Positions 8,311 to 19,566 of a DNA stretch of 20,000 nt are shown here, piece after piece. How positions within the stretch are numbered: the stretch's first letter is position 1; every line of letters begins with the position of its first letter. The stretch covers positions 55,390,357 to 55,410,356 of the forward strand of contig NC_057719.1 in NCBI RefSeq assembly GCF_004010195.1, written 5' to 3'. The notes under the pieces were generated by a model. It did no database searches, was not told the origin of the DNA, and saw only the letters and a program-made list of their open reading frames with translations. The stretch is from Chiloscyllium plagiosum (taxonomy: Eukaryota). The translations under genes and the position numbers were made by a program.

Positions 8311-10702
8311 GAAGTGTAAGATGATTATGTCAATTTGGATTGATTGTATTCCATATGTCACTGCATGTGTTATACACGTAGCATAAATGATTTATGATCA
8401 ATGGTATGATATATCTTCAATCTGTACCGTCAAAATGCTGATTAATGCAAATACCCCAAAGGGACTCACGATGCGCACAAGGGGAGCCCTTGTGCTCAGA
8501 CAGAAAGAAGACTGACTCCGTCCAGGCTGGGTGTGGTCACAATAAATTACCATTTCGATTGCATGTTTGCGATTCAAATGATGATAAAAGGCAGCTCAGA
8601 CCAGGCTTTGCAGAGCAAGTTAAAGTCTTAGCCTGGCATTTAATAGCACCACCCAAACCTTGAATACTCCTTCTCTCTTTGCACTCCATGTTGACCCCAT
8701 CGGTTCTGAGTTTCCGCACATTCCTACCCAAACTGCTAACGTATGTTCTTCATTGCCCAATGTTATCCCGAGCCCTGGCCCTGCAGGTCAGTCATGCTAA
8801 CCATCATGCTATGCTGTCCCACCCATTTTGAAATCAGGGTGGTGGTGACCATTGATGAACTCCTCCTGCATTATGGTGCTTGTCTAATACCAACCTTTAT
8901 TGGCAAGGGGTGCAGATGGTCACTGCTCATGGAGCATGCCCTAAGAAGTTGGCGATTGCTATCCAAAATGGAATCCTGGAAGAGTAAACAATGATCTATG
9001 AGCTACTGCTCTGACTTTTATGTCAGAAATTGTCTCCATCCAGTTTCTCTCCATCACATGGAAAATAGGAAACTGCAAATGAATGAGACAAGATTGGGTA
9101 CTAATGACATGAAATAAATGCAAATAGACCGCTCGCCACACACAAGCAAGATTTTCATTTCACCCCTCAAATTGTAGATGGAAAATCAGATTTTACTTTT
9201 CAAAGTCAAGAATTTTATATTTCCAATCTTGCCTTATTTTCACAGCTAACCTGTCAATGCCCATGTCATTCAGGGGCTGGAAAATGAGGCCACTAGGACA
9301 GTAATGTTTTGAAGGAATGTGTGTTCAAATGAACCATGCAAGTGCACTGTTCATAATAAACAAACGTTATCTATATGGATACTATTTTACACTTAAAGGA
9401 CATTAATTATTAGTCAAGGCAAAAGGAATTACTTTCATTTTTGGCTATCTCCCAAATTGAAAACATGATGTGATCAATGCGTGATTTTAAACAAATCTGT
9501 GAATTGATGCAATTCGATTGATCATCTGTTATATCTAGCGTAATTTTACTTTTCATTAATGTCAGACAAAAGCAAAATCATGTGGGAGGTAACCAATCTG
9601 AATCTGTACATTTTGGCCAGGTTAAGATTGCTGTCAATGTTTATCTCCAAAATGAAAATGCCTGTAAATAAGACATCAAAACATTATTCATCATGCCATC
9701 TCTATAACCAATTAGATAAATATCTATCACCTTTAAATGTTATCTTGTGTTTCAGAATGAACTTATGTATAATCTTGGAGAGATAACACATTTTGAACAA
9801 ATGGAGATTAGTTCAGGTGCTGATAGAAACTGAGGAAAACTGCTAATATGAAGTTTAACAATGTGTTAGTGTATAAATTCACATCAGTGTGAGCAATTCC
9901 AAATGAAACTGAAGAAAGAGACACATTGGTCTGACTCTTGTTGTCTACTTCATGGTAAAGCACCAGTACAACCAAACTTTCTCTGTATTTCTGGATTTTT
10001 ACTGTTCTCCTGTTCCCTCTGGTTAAGTAACTTTTGTAAATTACACCTGTCATTGTTCAGTCAGTACAGACAATCTGGGAAGGGAATTGTATTTACTATC
10101 AAAAGGGAAGTATAATCAATAGCATTCATGCAAAAATGATGGAAATGAGCTAGGAATTAATGAGAACAATTATGAAAATGAGCACACGGAATCCTGCTTG
10201 TCACTGCTAATAATTACACTTTAAAAAAACATCATGAGCCACAATTCATAATGTTTAATTCCCTAGGATTACACTACGGTTGGCACGATTCAGAATGCTT
10301 TTTATGATAATGATAATTTATGGCACAGCTTCAGCAAACGGTTACATGTTCATGTGCAAGTTAACAATATCAGAAACCTATTCTTATAAAATGTATTCTT
10401 CTCTTCAATTTGTTTTCCTTCTTCTAACACTGGTTGAGTTAAAAGATATTTCCTTTACAATGCAATGTGATATTACAACAATAACTGGTACCAATGCAGT
10501 ACTTCTATTAGTATATTAGTAAACATTTACTACTTATTTAGCTGCAGCCTCTATCATCAATTTTGTAACCTATTCATGGGACTTACCATTTATAATCTAT
10601 CTTGGATTTCACTCTCAGCAAGCTGAATGCATATGTTTACATTTTAGACTACTTAAAAGTACTCCTTGTGCAATCATCACTTTATTAGACCTCATCCCCT
10701 TA

Positions 10703-11018
10703 AGATTAGATTAGATTACTTACAGTGTGGAAACAGGCCCTTCGGCCCAACAAGTCCACACCGACCCGCCGAAGCGTAACCCACCCATACCCCTACATTT
10801 ACCCCTTTACCTAACACTACGGGCAATTTAGCAAGGCCAATTCACCTGACTTGCACATCTTTGGACTGTGGGAGGAAACCGGAGCCCCCGGAGGAAACCC
10901 ACGCAGACACGGGGAGAACGTGCAAACTCCACACAGTCAGTCGCCTGAGTCGGGAATTGAACCCGGGTCTCTGGCGCTGCGAGGCAGCAGTGCTAACCAC
11001 TGTGCCACCGTGCCGCCC
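10703..11018 (-). mobile_element. Full-length young HE1-type tRNA-derived V-SINE
   Basis: Minus strand starts GGGCGGCACGGTGGCACAGTGGTTAGCACTGCTGCC. A-box 10997-11007, B-box GGTTCAATTCC 10953-10963. V-core GTGGAGTTTGCACGTTCTCCCCGTGTCTGCGTGGGTTTCCTCCGG, CR1-like tail and (AATCT)n end. CpG-rich. Confidence 0.95.
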
Positions 11019-11225
11019 AGATATTCTGGTTCACAAACATTCAGAGCAAAAGGCCTCTTTCAGGACCTGGTCTTTTGAATTGCTGAAGTCACCGAATGGT
11101 AAAGTAAATGTTTCAGGCAGTTTTCATTACTTCAAGGGCATCCTGTGCATTTCTTCTGCAGCTATTTTGCTGATATATCAGAAAGACCTAGCAACAACAA
11201 AGCTCATGAGACATTTCACTCTCTG

Positions 11226-11321
11226 AAGCAATACTTCAATTTTAAAATTCTTATCCTCATTTTCAAATCCCTCCATGGCTTCATTCCCCAATATCTTTGG
11301 AATCTCTTCTAGCTCTACAAC
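11226..11321 (+). mobile_element. L2-clade LINE ORF2 C-terminal remnant
   Basis: Translates KQYFNFKILILIFKSLHGFIPQYLWNLF*LYN, matching the L2 'RI.FKIL.L.FK.LHGLAP.YL..LL..Y' motif. Confidence 0.7.
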
Positions 11322-14211
11322 ATTCCAAAAAATGTTGTGATATATTTTAAATCCTGAACCCTTGGTTAATTTTTTTAAAGAGGCTGCCTGTGTCATTGAG
11401 AGCTGAAAAAAATGTCTAGCAATAACAATGGCTGTTTGTTGATGTTTCCCAAGGGATATTATATATTGTTATGAATGCTTGGCTGCTTTCCACAAGCTAA
11501 AACTATCCCAGTAGGTGGGGCTCAATTCACAATCTGGTTGACAATTCAAAGATGTAAGTAAAAAATTAATTGTCTTTTACAGGAGCCAAAAATAAAAGTC
11601 TATTGTTTAGAAACTGATCAACTACGTGAGAATTAAAGGATTTAAATGGACCATAAGAACAGATAATGTTTAATATAGTAAAGACTGTGGAAGATTCTTA
11701 GATCTTTATTTTACTGAATTTCAACTTGCTTCCTGAGATTTGCCTGTGGTGGATAGTGGGTGAGTTGACATGGACCATGTAAGGGTCCAGTAGTCTGGGT
11801 GGAGTAGAGTGAGATGGCATGCTTTATAAGGAGCTGTGATTTTGGATGGAGTGGCAAAGGGTGATTGTGAACTATCTTTTTTATCAGGTTGTTTGTAACT
11901 GGAGAAACAAGATGCTCAGAGAAATTGTTCCTGCTTAAATGATAAATTATTCAAAGTAATATTTCTATTGGTTTGTTTTTGAAAGAGTTTTTGGTGGTAT
12001 GTGGATGCTACTGGTTAAAAACAATTTTTGCACCTTTTGTTCAGGGCTAATGTGCCTATAATGCTGCAATACCAACAAGCACAAAATCCTCCCACAGCAG
12101 TCAACTGCCCTCATAGCTAGTCACATCCATTTCTAGCAGCAGAGGGCACAACTCTGTATCCGGCATCATCCAGACACGCTCCTCCCATCCTGAACCATCC
12201 TCAGGCCTTTCTCCCAAGTCTGGTCCAGTGTGTCAGGACAAAGCCTCATCTGAGGTATCTGCCTAAATGGCAAATAGGCCACACTGTTAATATGGTGCGG
12301 ACAGTTAATCTTTTATCTAATTTTGAGCATAAAGGAGTCCCAAGGTCAGGCTTGATGGCAACAAGATCAACTCAGTAATCTTCAGGAGGTGCTTCCAAGT
12401 TAATCAACATGACTGGAAGGTTCTTCAGGCTGTAGGCCCAGTCAAAAGGCTGGCATCTCTGGAAATTCAGCTCTGTCAGAGACGTGCACTGTCAAGGCAA
12501 GGCAAGATTGAGGACATTTACCTACAGTCAAATCCGGGAGGTGGGGGGGGGTTTGAGGAGGAAATGAATTATTTGCTTTCCACTCTTGAAGTTCACATCA
12601 AAGAGTTTTGATTTTTTCCCTTAAACAGTTATGTATTTTTCCTGATTCTACTTGTACCTAAATATGCATTAAAGTTCTGAAGAATCAATCACACAACCCT
12701 CTTGAAGGATTCCAGAAAAAGGAGTTAGCTTTTCTTTGAAAATAGTAAGAAGTGTAAACATTATTAATCTGCCTTGAATTCTGCAACATACACAGACACT
12801 AACATGCAAGTGAAGAGAACAAGATCCAGGGTGAGGGATGTAGAGTTGAAGAACAAATGACAGCTCTCATGTGAAGGAATTGAACATTCTGATGTTGATC
12901 CTGGGCTGTGGGTGCAGAAGCATCACTGCTGGTTCAGCTGTTTTCCAGTCATAGGGCGTAGCTTTCCAGGTTTTAAAAGATCTCACTTTTTCAGAACTGG
13001 AAACACGGTTTCAAAAGAGGGAGATTTTGTCTTCTGCAAGAAATCTATCTCCTTGATGTTTCCACATGCTACCATTTTCTGTTGCAAAAAATAAACAAGA
13101 TTATAATCGTGGTTTCTCTTTGAAGGGAACTTTCGATCTTGAATAGCACACAATGCATATAATCCATTGGACGGTCCATTGTCAGAGTTCCACATTATAC
13201 TTTAACTGGAGAAGGGGAGGAGAGGATATTTATCCTCCTCTTTGCAAATAATGTGTTTCAATTGTCATTTTTGTTCCAGAAGTCAAAAAATCTCATCCTC
13301 CAGCATAATTTGAATTCTCATTGTGAGCTGTACATTCCAGATGATGATTTTGAATATCTTGGACAGCCTTGTCAGGATGTACTAGATAGTTTTAGTCATG
13401 TTATTTAGATATTCCTTTTCAAATTCTTGTTGAGCGTGGCTATTTTCAGGTCAGGTAATCTCGTAGGTCAATTTAAAGAATCCAAGATGATTTGATTTTT
13501 GTTTTGTTTCCTCTCAAATTGAAAGTTCAAGGCTTTTATGTTAATTGATGAGATTTAAAGATTAATTGTCTGCATTTTATATCATCATGATTGCCTCAAC
13601 ACAGCGGCATCTTCTCAACCAAAAATACCTTGGCCACCATGTCAAGGGATGGAGGGGAAAATCTACCACTAATTGGGATCAGTCATAGTTTGTGAGCTTT
13701 CAAGATCACAGCTCCATCAGTGAGCCTTCATTATGAAGGCCTCTATTGGCACCTGAGCAACAGCAGGGAAGCGACCTCCAATGAGCTGGTACTCTACAGG
13801 CAGACTGCCAGAAAATCTGCAGAATTATCCTTAATTTGGCCTGAACAAGCAAAGTTGTTTGCTCACCTCCAAAGACTAGGTGTCGGACTTGATTTCCAGC
13901 CCATCTTTGGCACAGCGCTCTGCTGATGCAAATGCCTCTTATTTTCCTGGTTTCTCAGGCAACAAACCTGCCAGCCAGGAGCCTGGAAAAGTCAGCCCAA
14001 AATCTCTTGAATATGATTGCACAACGAGATTATTCACTGTATCTCATTAATTTTGTTGATTTTCCACAATATTCCATTGTTCTGCAAGAACTTTTTCTTC
14101 TCAGCAAGTGAGAATGCTGAATAAAACAATCACATACTCAGTCCCATGAGCCAACATGATATAAGATGTTTTCAGAATAAGGCACCAGCTAGTTTTTTTT
14201 TAAACAGCAAG

Positions 14212-15735
14212 ATAGGGTCATAGTGATGTACAGCATGGAAACAGACCCTTCGGTCCAACCTGTCCATGCCGACCAGATATCCCAACCCAATCTAGTCCCA
14301 CCTGCCAGCACCCGGCTCATATCCCTCCAAACCCTTCCTATTCATATACCCATCCAAATGCCTCTTAAATGTTGCAATTGTACCAGCCTCCATCACATCC
14401 TCTGGCAGCTCATTCCATACATGTATCACCCTCTGCATGAAAACGTTGCCCCTTAGGTCTCTCTTATATCTTTCCCCTCTCACCCTAAACCTATATCCTC
14501 TAGTTCTGGACTCCCCGACCCCAGGGAAAAGACCTTGTCTATCCATGCCCCCCATAATTTTGTAAGCCTCTATAAGGTCACCCCTCAGCCTCCGACACTC
14601 CAGGGAAAACAGCCACAGCCTGTTCAGCCTCTCGCTGTAGCTCAAATCCTCCAACCCTGGCAACATCCTTATAAATCTTTTCTGAACCCTTTCAAGTTTC
14701 ACAACATCTTTCCGATAGGAAGGAGACCAGAATTGCACTCAATATTCCAACAGTGGCCTAACCAATGTCCTGTACAGCCACAACATGACCTCCCAACTCC
14801 TGTACTCAATACTCTGACCAATAAAGGAAGCATACCAAACACCTTCTTCACTATCCTATCGACCTGCTTTTCCAAAATGCAGCACCTTGCGTTTATCTGA
14901 ATTAAACTCCATCTGCCACTTCTTGTCCCATTGGCCCATCTGATCAAGATCCTGTTGCAATCTGAGATAACCTTCTTCGCTGTCCACTACACCTCCAATT
15001 TTGGTGTTATCTGCAAACTTACTAACTATACCTCTTGTGCTCGCATCCAAATCATTTATGTAAATGACAAAAAGTAGAGGACCCAGCATCGATCCTTGTG
15101 GCACTCCACTGGTCACAGGCCTCCAGTGTGAAAAACAACCCTCCACCACCACCTCCTGTCTTCTCCCTTTGAGCCAGTTCTGTATCCAAATGGCTAGTTC
15201 TCCCTATATTCCTTGAGATCTAACCTTGCTAATCAGTCTTCCGTGGGCAACTTTGTCGAATGCCTTACTAAAGTCCATATAGAACACATCTACAGCTTTG
15301 CCCTCATCAATCCTCTTTGTTACTTCTTCAAAAAAACTCAATCATGTTTGTGAGACATGATTTCCCATGCACAAAACCATGTTGACTATCCCTAATCAGT
15401 CCTTGCCTTTCCAAATGTATGTACATCCTGTCCCTCAGGATTCCCTCCAACAACTTGCCCACCACTGAAGTCAGCCTCACCGGTCTATAGTTCCCTGGCT
15501 TGTCTTTACTGCCCTTCTTAAAGAATGGCACCACGTTAACCAGCCTCCAGTCTTCTGGCACCTCATCTGTGACTATCGATGATACAAATATCTCAGCAAG
15601 AGGCCTGGCAATCACTTCTCCAGCTTCCTACAGAGTTCTCGGGTACACCTGATCAGGTTCTGGGGATTTATCCACCTTTATGTGTTTCAAGACATCCAGC
15701 ACTTCCTCCTCTGTAATCTGGGCATTTTGCAAGAT
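14212..15735 (-). mobile_element. CR1-clade LINE (same family as 3245-5333), 5'-truncated, degenerate ORF2 RT to 3' UTR
   Basis: Minus ORFs: VPEDWRLVNVVPFFKKGSKDKPGNYRPVRLTSVVGK, SQHGFVHGKSCLTN, VTSGVPQGSMLGPLLF...KFADNTK, QFWSPSYRKDVVKLERVQKRF. The 3' UTR matches 5245-5333. Confidence 0.93.
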
Positions 15736-15748
15736 CTATTTCCCTACA

Positions 15749-15974
15749 CTTGCCTTTCCAGATACATGTACATCCTGTCCCTCAGGATTCCCTCCAACAA
15801 CTTGCCCACCACTGAGGTCAGGCTCACCGGTCTGTAGTTCCCTGGCTTGTCTTTACCGCCCTTCTTAAACAGTGGCACCACGTTTGCCAACCTCCAGTCT
15901 TCCGGCACCTCACCTGTGACTATTGATGGTACAAATATCTCAGCAAGAGGCCCAGCAATCACTTCTCCAGCTTC
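15749..15974 (-). repeat. 226-bp direct duplicate of CR1 segment 15402-15627
   Basis: Gap-free alignment with about 18 substitutions by manual count (~92% identity). Confidence 0.9.
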
Positions 15975-16104
15975 ATTATTGATATTACCTGTGAAGCATA
16001 ACATAGCTCCAACTGTAACGGCGTAAATGTTGTCCATACTGAAGGTAGGCTTGTGGTTTTCAACAGCAGTAATTTCAGTGAATACTAAAAAAAAATTGAG
16101 GTAT

Positions 16105-16385
16105 GAAATATTTAAGAGAATTGAAAAGAGAGATACAGTTAGAGAAGAAATTCTTCCTCATTTCCATCTTAAATGAGAGACCTCTTATTTTAAATCACCA
16201 AAATTCTCCCAGGAGGAGAAATATTGTCTCAATATCCAATGTTTCAAACCACCTCACAAATATATAAACATTTTAATTATGAGTATGGACCCAACCTGCT
16301 CAACCTTTTCTCATAAAAAAAGTTCTTTATCCCAGAAATGGTCTCAGTAAATTTACTCTGAACTGTTTCCAGTGCAAGCATGTCC
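16105..16385 (-). mobile_element. Old CR1 ORF2 C-terminal remnant
   Basis: Minus strand reads approximately DMLALETVQSKFTETISGIKNF.YEKRLSRLGPYS, cf. ALERVQRRFTRMLPGM...YEERLRHLGLFS in the young copy. Confidence 0.7.
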
Positions 16386-16444
16386 AGATCCTTTTTCAGA
16401 ACTGAAAGCAGCTAAAAAAAAATGGTATTTCTGCATTTATTTCA

Positions 16445-16548
16445 ATGCTGATGAAGGGTCACTGGACCCGAAACACTGGACTCTGTTTTCTTTCTCTCAC
16501 AGTTGCTGCCAGACCTGCCGAGTTTCTCCAACACTTCCTGTTTTCACT
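16445..16548 (+). mobile_element. Short PLE-type 3' fragment (second family) carrying an intact hammerhead-like core
   Basis: Homologous to 8207-8310(-). It shares the gatgctgcc.gacc.gctg.gttt..cca tail architecture with the 1041-1585 family. Confidence 0.75.
16448..16474 (+). ncRNA. Hammerhead-ribozyme-like catalytic core
   Basis: CTGATGA-A-GGGTC-actg-GACCC-GAAAC: both conserved boxes plus a perfect 5-bp stem II. Stems I/III and the NUH cleavage triplet are not clearly intact. Confidence 0.65.
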
Positions 16549-16636
16549 TGCCTGAGTCTGGTTTTATATTCACTGCTGAGTGAATATTGAGTGAATGACA
16601 CAATACTCAAAATTACACTCATGATACTTTGTTTTA

Positions 16637-16795
16637 CAGAGGAACCTCGATTATCCGAAGGATATGAGTGGCGAGTATTTCTTTCGGTTAATTGAATACC
16701 GGATAACATAGTTAGCCACACATCAGGATCTTGCGATCTTGTTCAGATAATCCGAAATTCGGTTAATCAAATGCCAGATAATTGAGGTTCCTCTG
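16637..16795. mobile_element. 159-bp MITE of Tc1/mariner-pogo (Tigger-like) type
   Basis: TIRs CAGAGGAACCTCGATTATCCG and (reverse complement) CAGAGGAACCTCAATTATCTG, 19/21 identical with both mismatches at CpGs. TA on both sides (16635-16636, 16796-16797). Confidence 0.9.
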
Positions 16796-19566
16796 TATTT
16801 GGATTTATATGGTTTGAAGTTTCTGCTGGATTGCATTGGTTTCCTCAACACTAATCAGCCAGAACTATTAAACTCACAAAAAGTTCGGAGAATTTTAAGT
16901 GCAATTTTTATGCAGTGTAGTAGTTTCTGTTCATTTATAAAAGGGCAAGAATGCTACCATTGTAACTGCAAGAGACACTCTCACCACTCACACAGTCTTA
17001 GTGTTTGTAACATCACAACCAAAAATACTGCAGAGAGCTTTCCTCTTCAAAGATTAGGATCATTCATAATATTGAGCAATTCAAAGCTATTTTAAGAACT
17101 GCAGAACCCAATTAAGTATGTTGTTTTTCAAATGTTTTTATGATACTCTGAGTCTTAAGTGTTGAGTTATCTTACTCTCCTAGCCTAATATCAGGATTTT
17201 AGTTTATACAGAACCAAATGGGGCAGCAGAGTATTAAACCGAGTGGGATAGTCAGCCCAGTGCCAAAGCGGGCCACAGTGCAAAACAGGGCAGTAGTTAA
17301 GGTCATAATAGGGTGGTGAGCTGATCAGAGCAGTGAGCTGAGCACCAGTGCAGGGTGGCAAGCCAAGTGCAGGAGAGGAGCAGCAATCCAATTCAAGTCT
17401 GGCTGCAAACAAAACGGTGATATCAGTGGCATAGCACCCAACAGTCAAGTGGGAGCTGAGTTCTTGCTTCAGATATCAGTGAGGTCAGGAGGTGGCAGGA
17501 GTTACACGATTTGAAAAGCTAATGCTGAAAATATCCCAACCTAAAATTGGCCCCATCTTCAGAATAAACACCTCATTTTAATTAATGAGTTCCCACTCAG
17601 TTACAGACCTTCAGAGTAACTGTTAAAATGGAGCTGGTTCTTTTGTGTGAAATGTTGTGTTAAAAGGCATTTTAAAACAGGTTTATTTGAAGAAGGTGGC
17701 TCCAAACAGTGATTAAAACTTTTTTTATGTCCAACTATTTTAAGAAGTTATCAATTTTAATAGGTAAAGGAAAATCTTTTAACCAACATTTTAGAGGTAT
17801 TTCTGAAATATTGTTTGGGGAAAAGTACTCTTTCAAAAATACAGTTTTGGAATTGGCTCAGAATCCAAGTGTGAATGACGTTAAAGGTATTTTGAAATAG
17901 CTCAACATTGACCATAGTTTGACTTTATCTTTCACATATTGACTACAAATGACTAAATATAGTGTTATATTATTGCTAATTATAATATTGCTAATACCTA
18001 AAACACAAGATTTATACAGAAGAGTGGGCCTAGAGCCATGCCATGGCATCAATAAACTATTACTTTCAGATACTGTACTTAGCTCCTGACTTGAATCCTG
18101 CTCAGCTAGTCAGAACAGGGTGGAGATGTAGATGTAAAGAAGATTCCCACTTGGATTCTGAGGCTCTAGTGCACAATGCTGCTTAAACTACAAAGCTTTT
18201 GGTCACAGGACAGGTTCCAATCACTGACAGGTGGAAGCTTTATTAATATTTAAATGTCTGAATCAGGACTGTGATGCAACTTTAAATGCCAATGGCAGCA
18301 ATGTGAAACCAAGAGAGAATCTCCCTCCCCAGTTGCAATCCTCACCAAACCCCATCGTTGCCTTCACAATTTACCAAAGTACCATGTAGGGAAGAACTCC
18401 TTCACTGTCTTCTAGCCAACTTCTACCAAGTAAAATCTTACCCATGCCTGCAAGCCACTGAGCAATGTCAAAAGTCTGGCAGCATCTATGCAAACAGGAA
18501 CTTGTTATATTTTGAGCCCAACTCAGAGATCATTCTGAAGCTTAGGCACTGAGGACTCGGAAATTAAGACAGGCTGGCTGTGTTATGGAAGCTTCCTATC
18601 ATCCAGAACCCTACATCAACACATACCTTCAGTTAAAATCAGAGTTTAACATTCATGTCTGTTATCATTCAGCATTACATAAAAAGGAATGTAAAGACTT
18701 AGCTGCAATGCTATTAGATATTATTATTCATGAATTGGAAAAACTGAAAGGACAACAAAATATAATTTTGAATTCTAGTTACTTTTGCCATCTCAAATAA
18801 TATTATGTATGCCAAATTTTAATGATCAGCACTTGAAAAGAAATCTAACTCCCATGTCATTAACAATAGAACAATGCTGAGACAGTATTTTGGCACATTG
18901 AGCACAGATGTTCAAGTGTGCCGAAATGAGCAGGGAACTGTGACAGCGAAGTTGGATCACATTTTATGTAAATTATGTCTTTTTTTATTTGCTTAACATT
19001 TTTCTTGAGGCCAGATATTCAGAAAATAACCCGATGTCAGGAGAAATTCTACATATCTCTTGCACACCCCATTGCAAGGTGGTCAACAGCACAAATTTTA
19101 TGACTAAAGCAAATTTCATTCCAATTAAATAATTCTGGACATCTTCCACATATTATTCACTGATTCTGTCCTTTTGACAATGTTTATAAGCCTGCTAGGG
19201 ACGTCTGGAGCTTGAATTCTTTCACTTTCTGCAAGCAGAGCTCATTGGCATTAAATTGTATCCATTTTGTTAACTCAATTGGTAACATTTTTCTTTTGTG
19301 TACCTTATAAATACTATTTGAAGGGGTGTCATAGACATAAAATTCTAACTTAATCACTCTATTTTTCTATAAAAGCAGTCGGAATTCCCAGAACCAAAGT
19401 AGTAGCCAGCAACCAGAAGCCACATGATATTCTGAATTCATTCCACCTCTCCAAATCCCAGCTAGGTAAATTCAGCTCAGGGGTTTTCGATAATAAACAT
19501 GAGAGAGTAGCAGATGGATCACTGAGCTTCAATGAGAACAAGTAACTGGCCTTAGGGTTTCCTTAC

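Noticed and set aside
8368..8580. Possible old LTR (tgtt start, 9-bp hairpin gcacaaggg/cccttgtgc at 8475-8495, AATAAA at 8541)
   Set aside because: No definable 3' terminus or TSD, and the motifs are short enough to be chance.
10950..11018. tRNA gene
   Set aside because: The A/B boxes belong to the SINE head, which continues into the V-core and LINE-like tail. There is no complete cloverleaf or oligo-T terminator.
13650..14000. Possible decayed PIF/Harbinger-like non-autonomous element (ggaaaagtcagccc end motif)
   Set aside because: No matching opposite TIR or TSD could be identified by eye.
17190..17555. GC-richer patch bounded by ggattttag ... ctaaaattggcccc, a possible old DNA transposon
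   Set aside because: The inverted match is only ~7 bp and there is no TSD. It needs a repeat-library search.
16799..19541. Short ORFs (60-98 aa) in the right-hand AT-rich region
   Set aside because: No recognisable domains, and lengths are as expected by chance. No convincing splice-site pairs were noticed.
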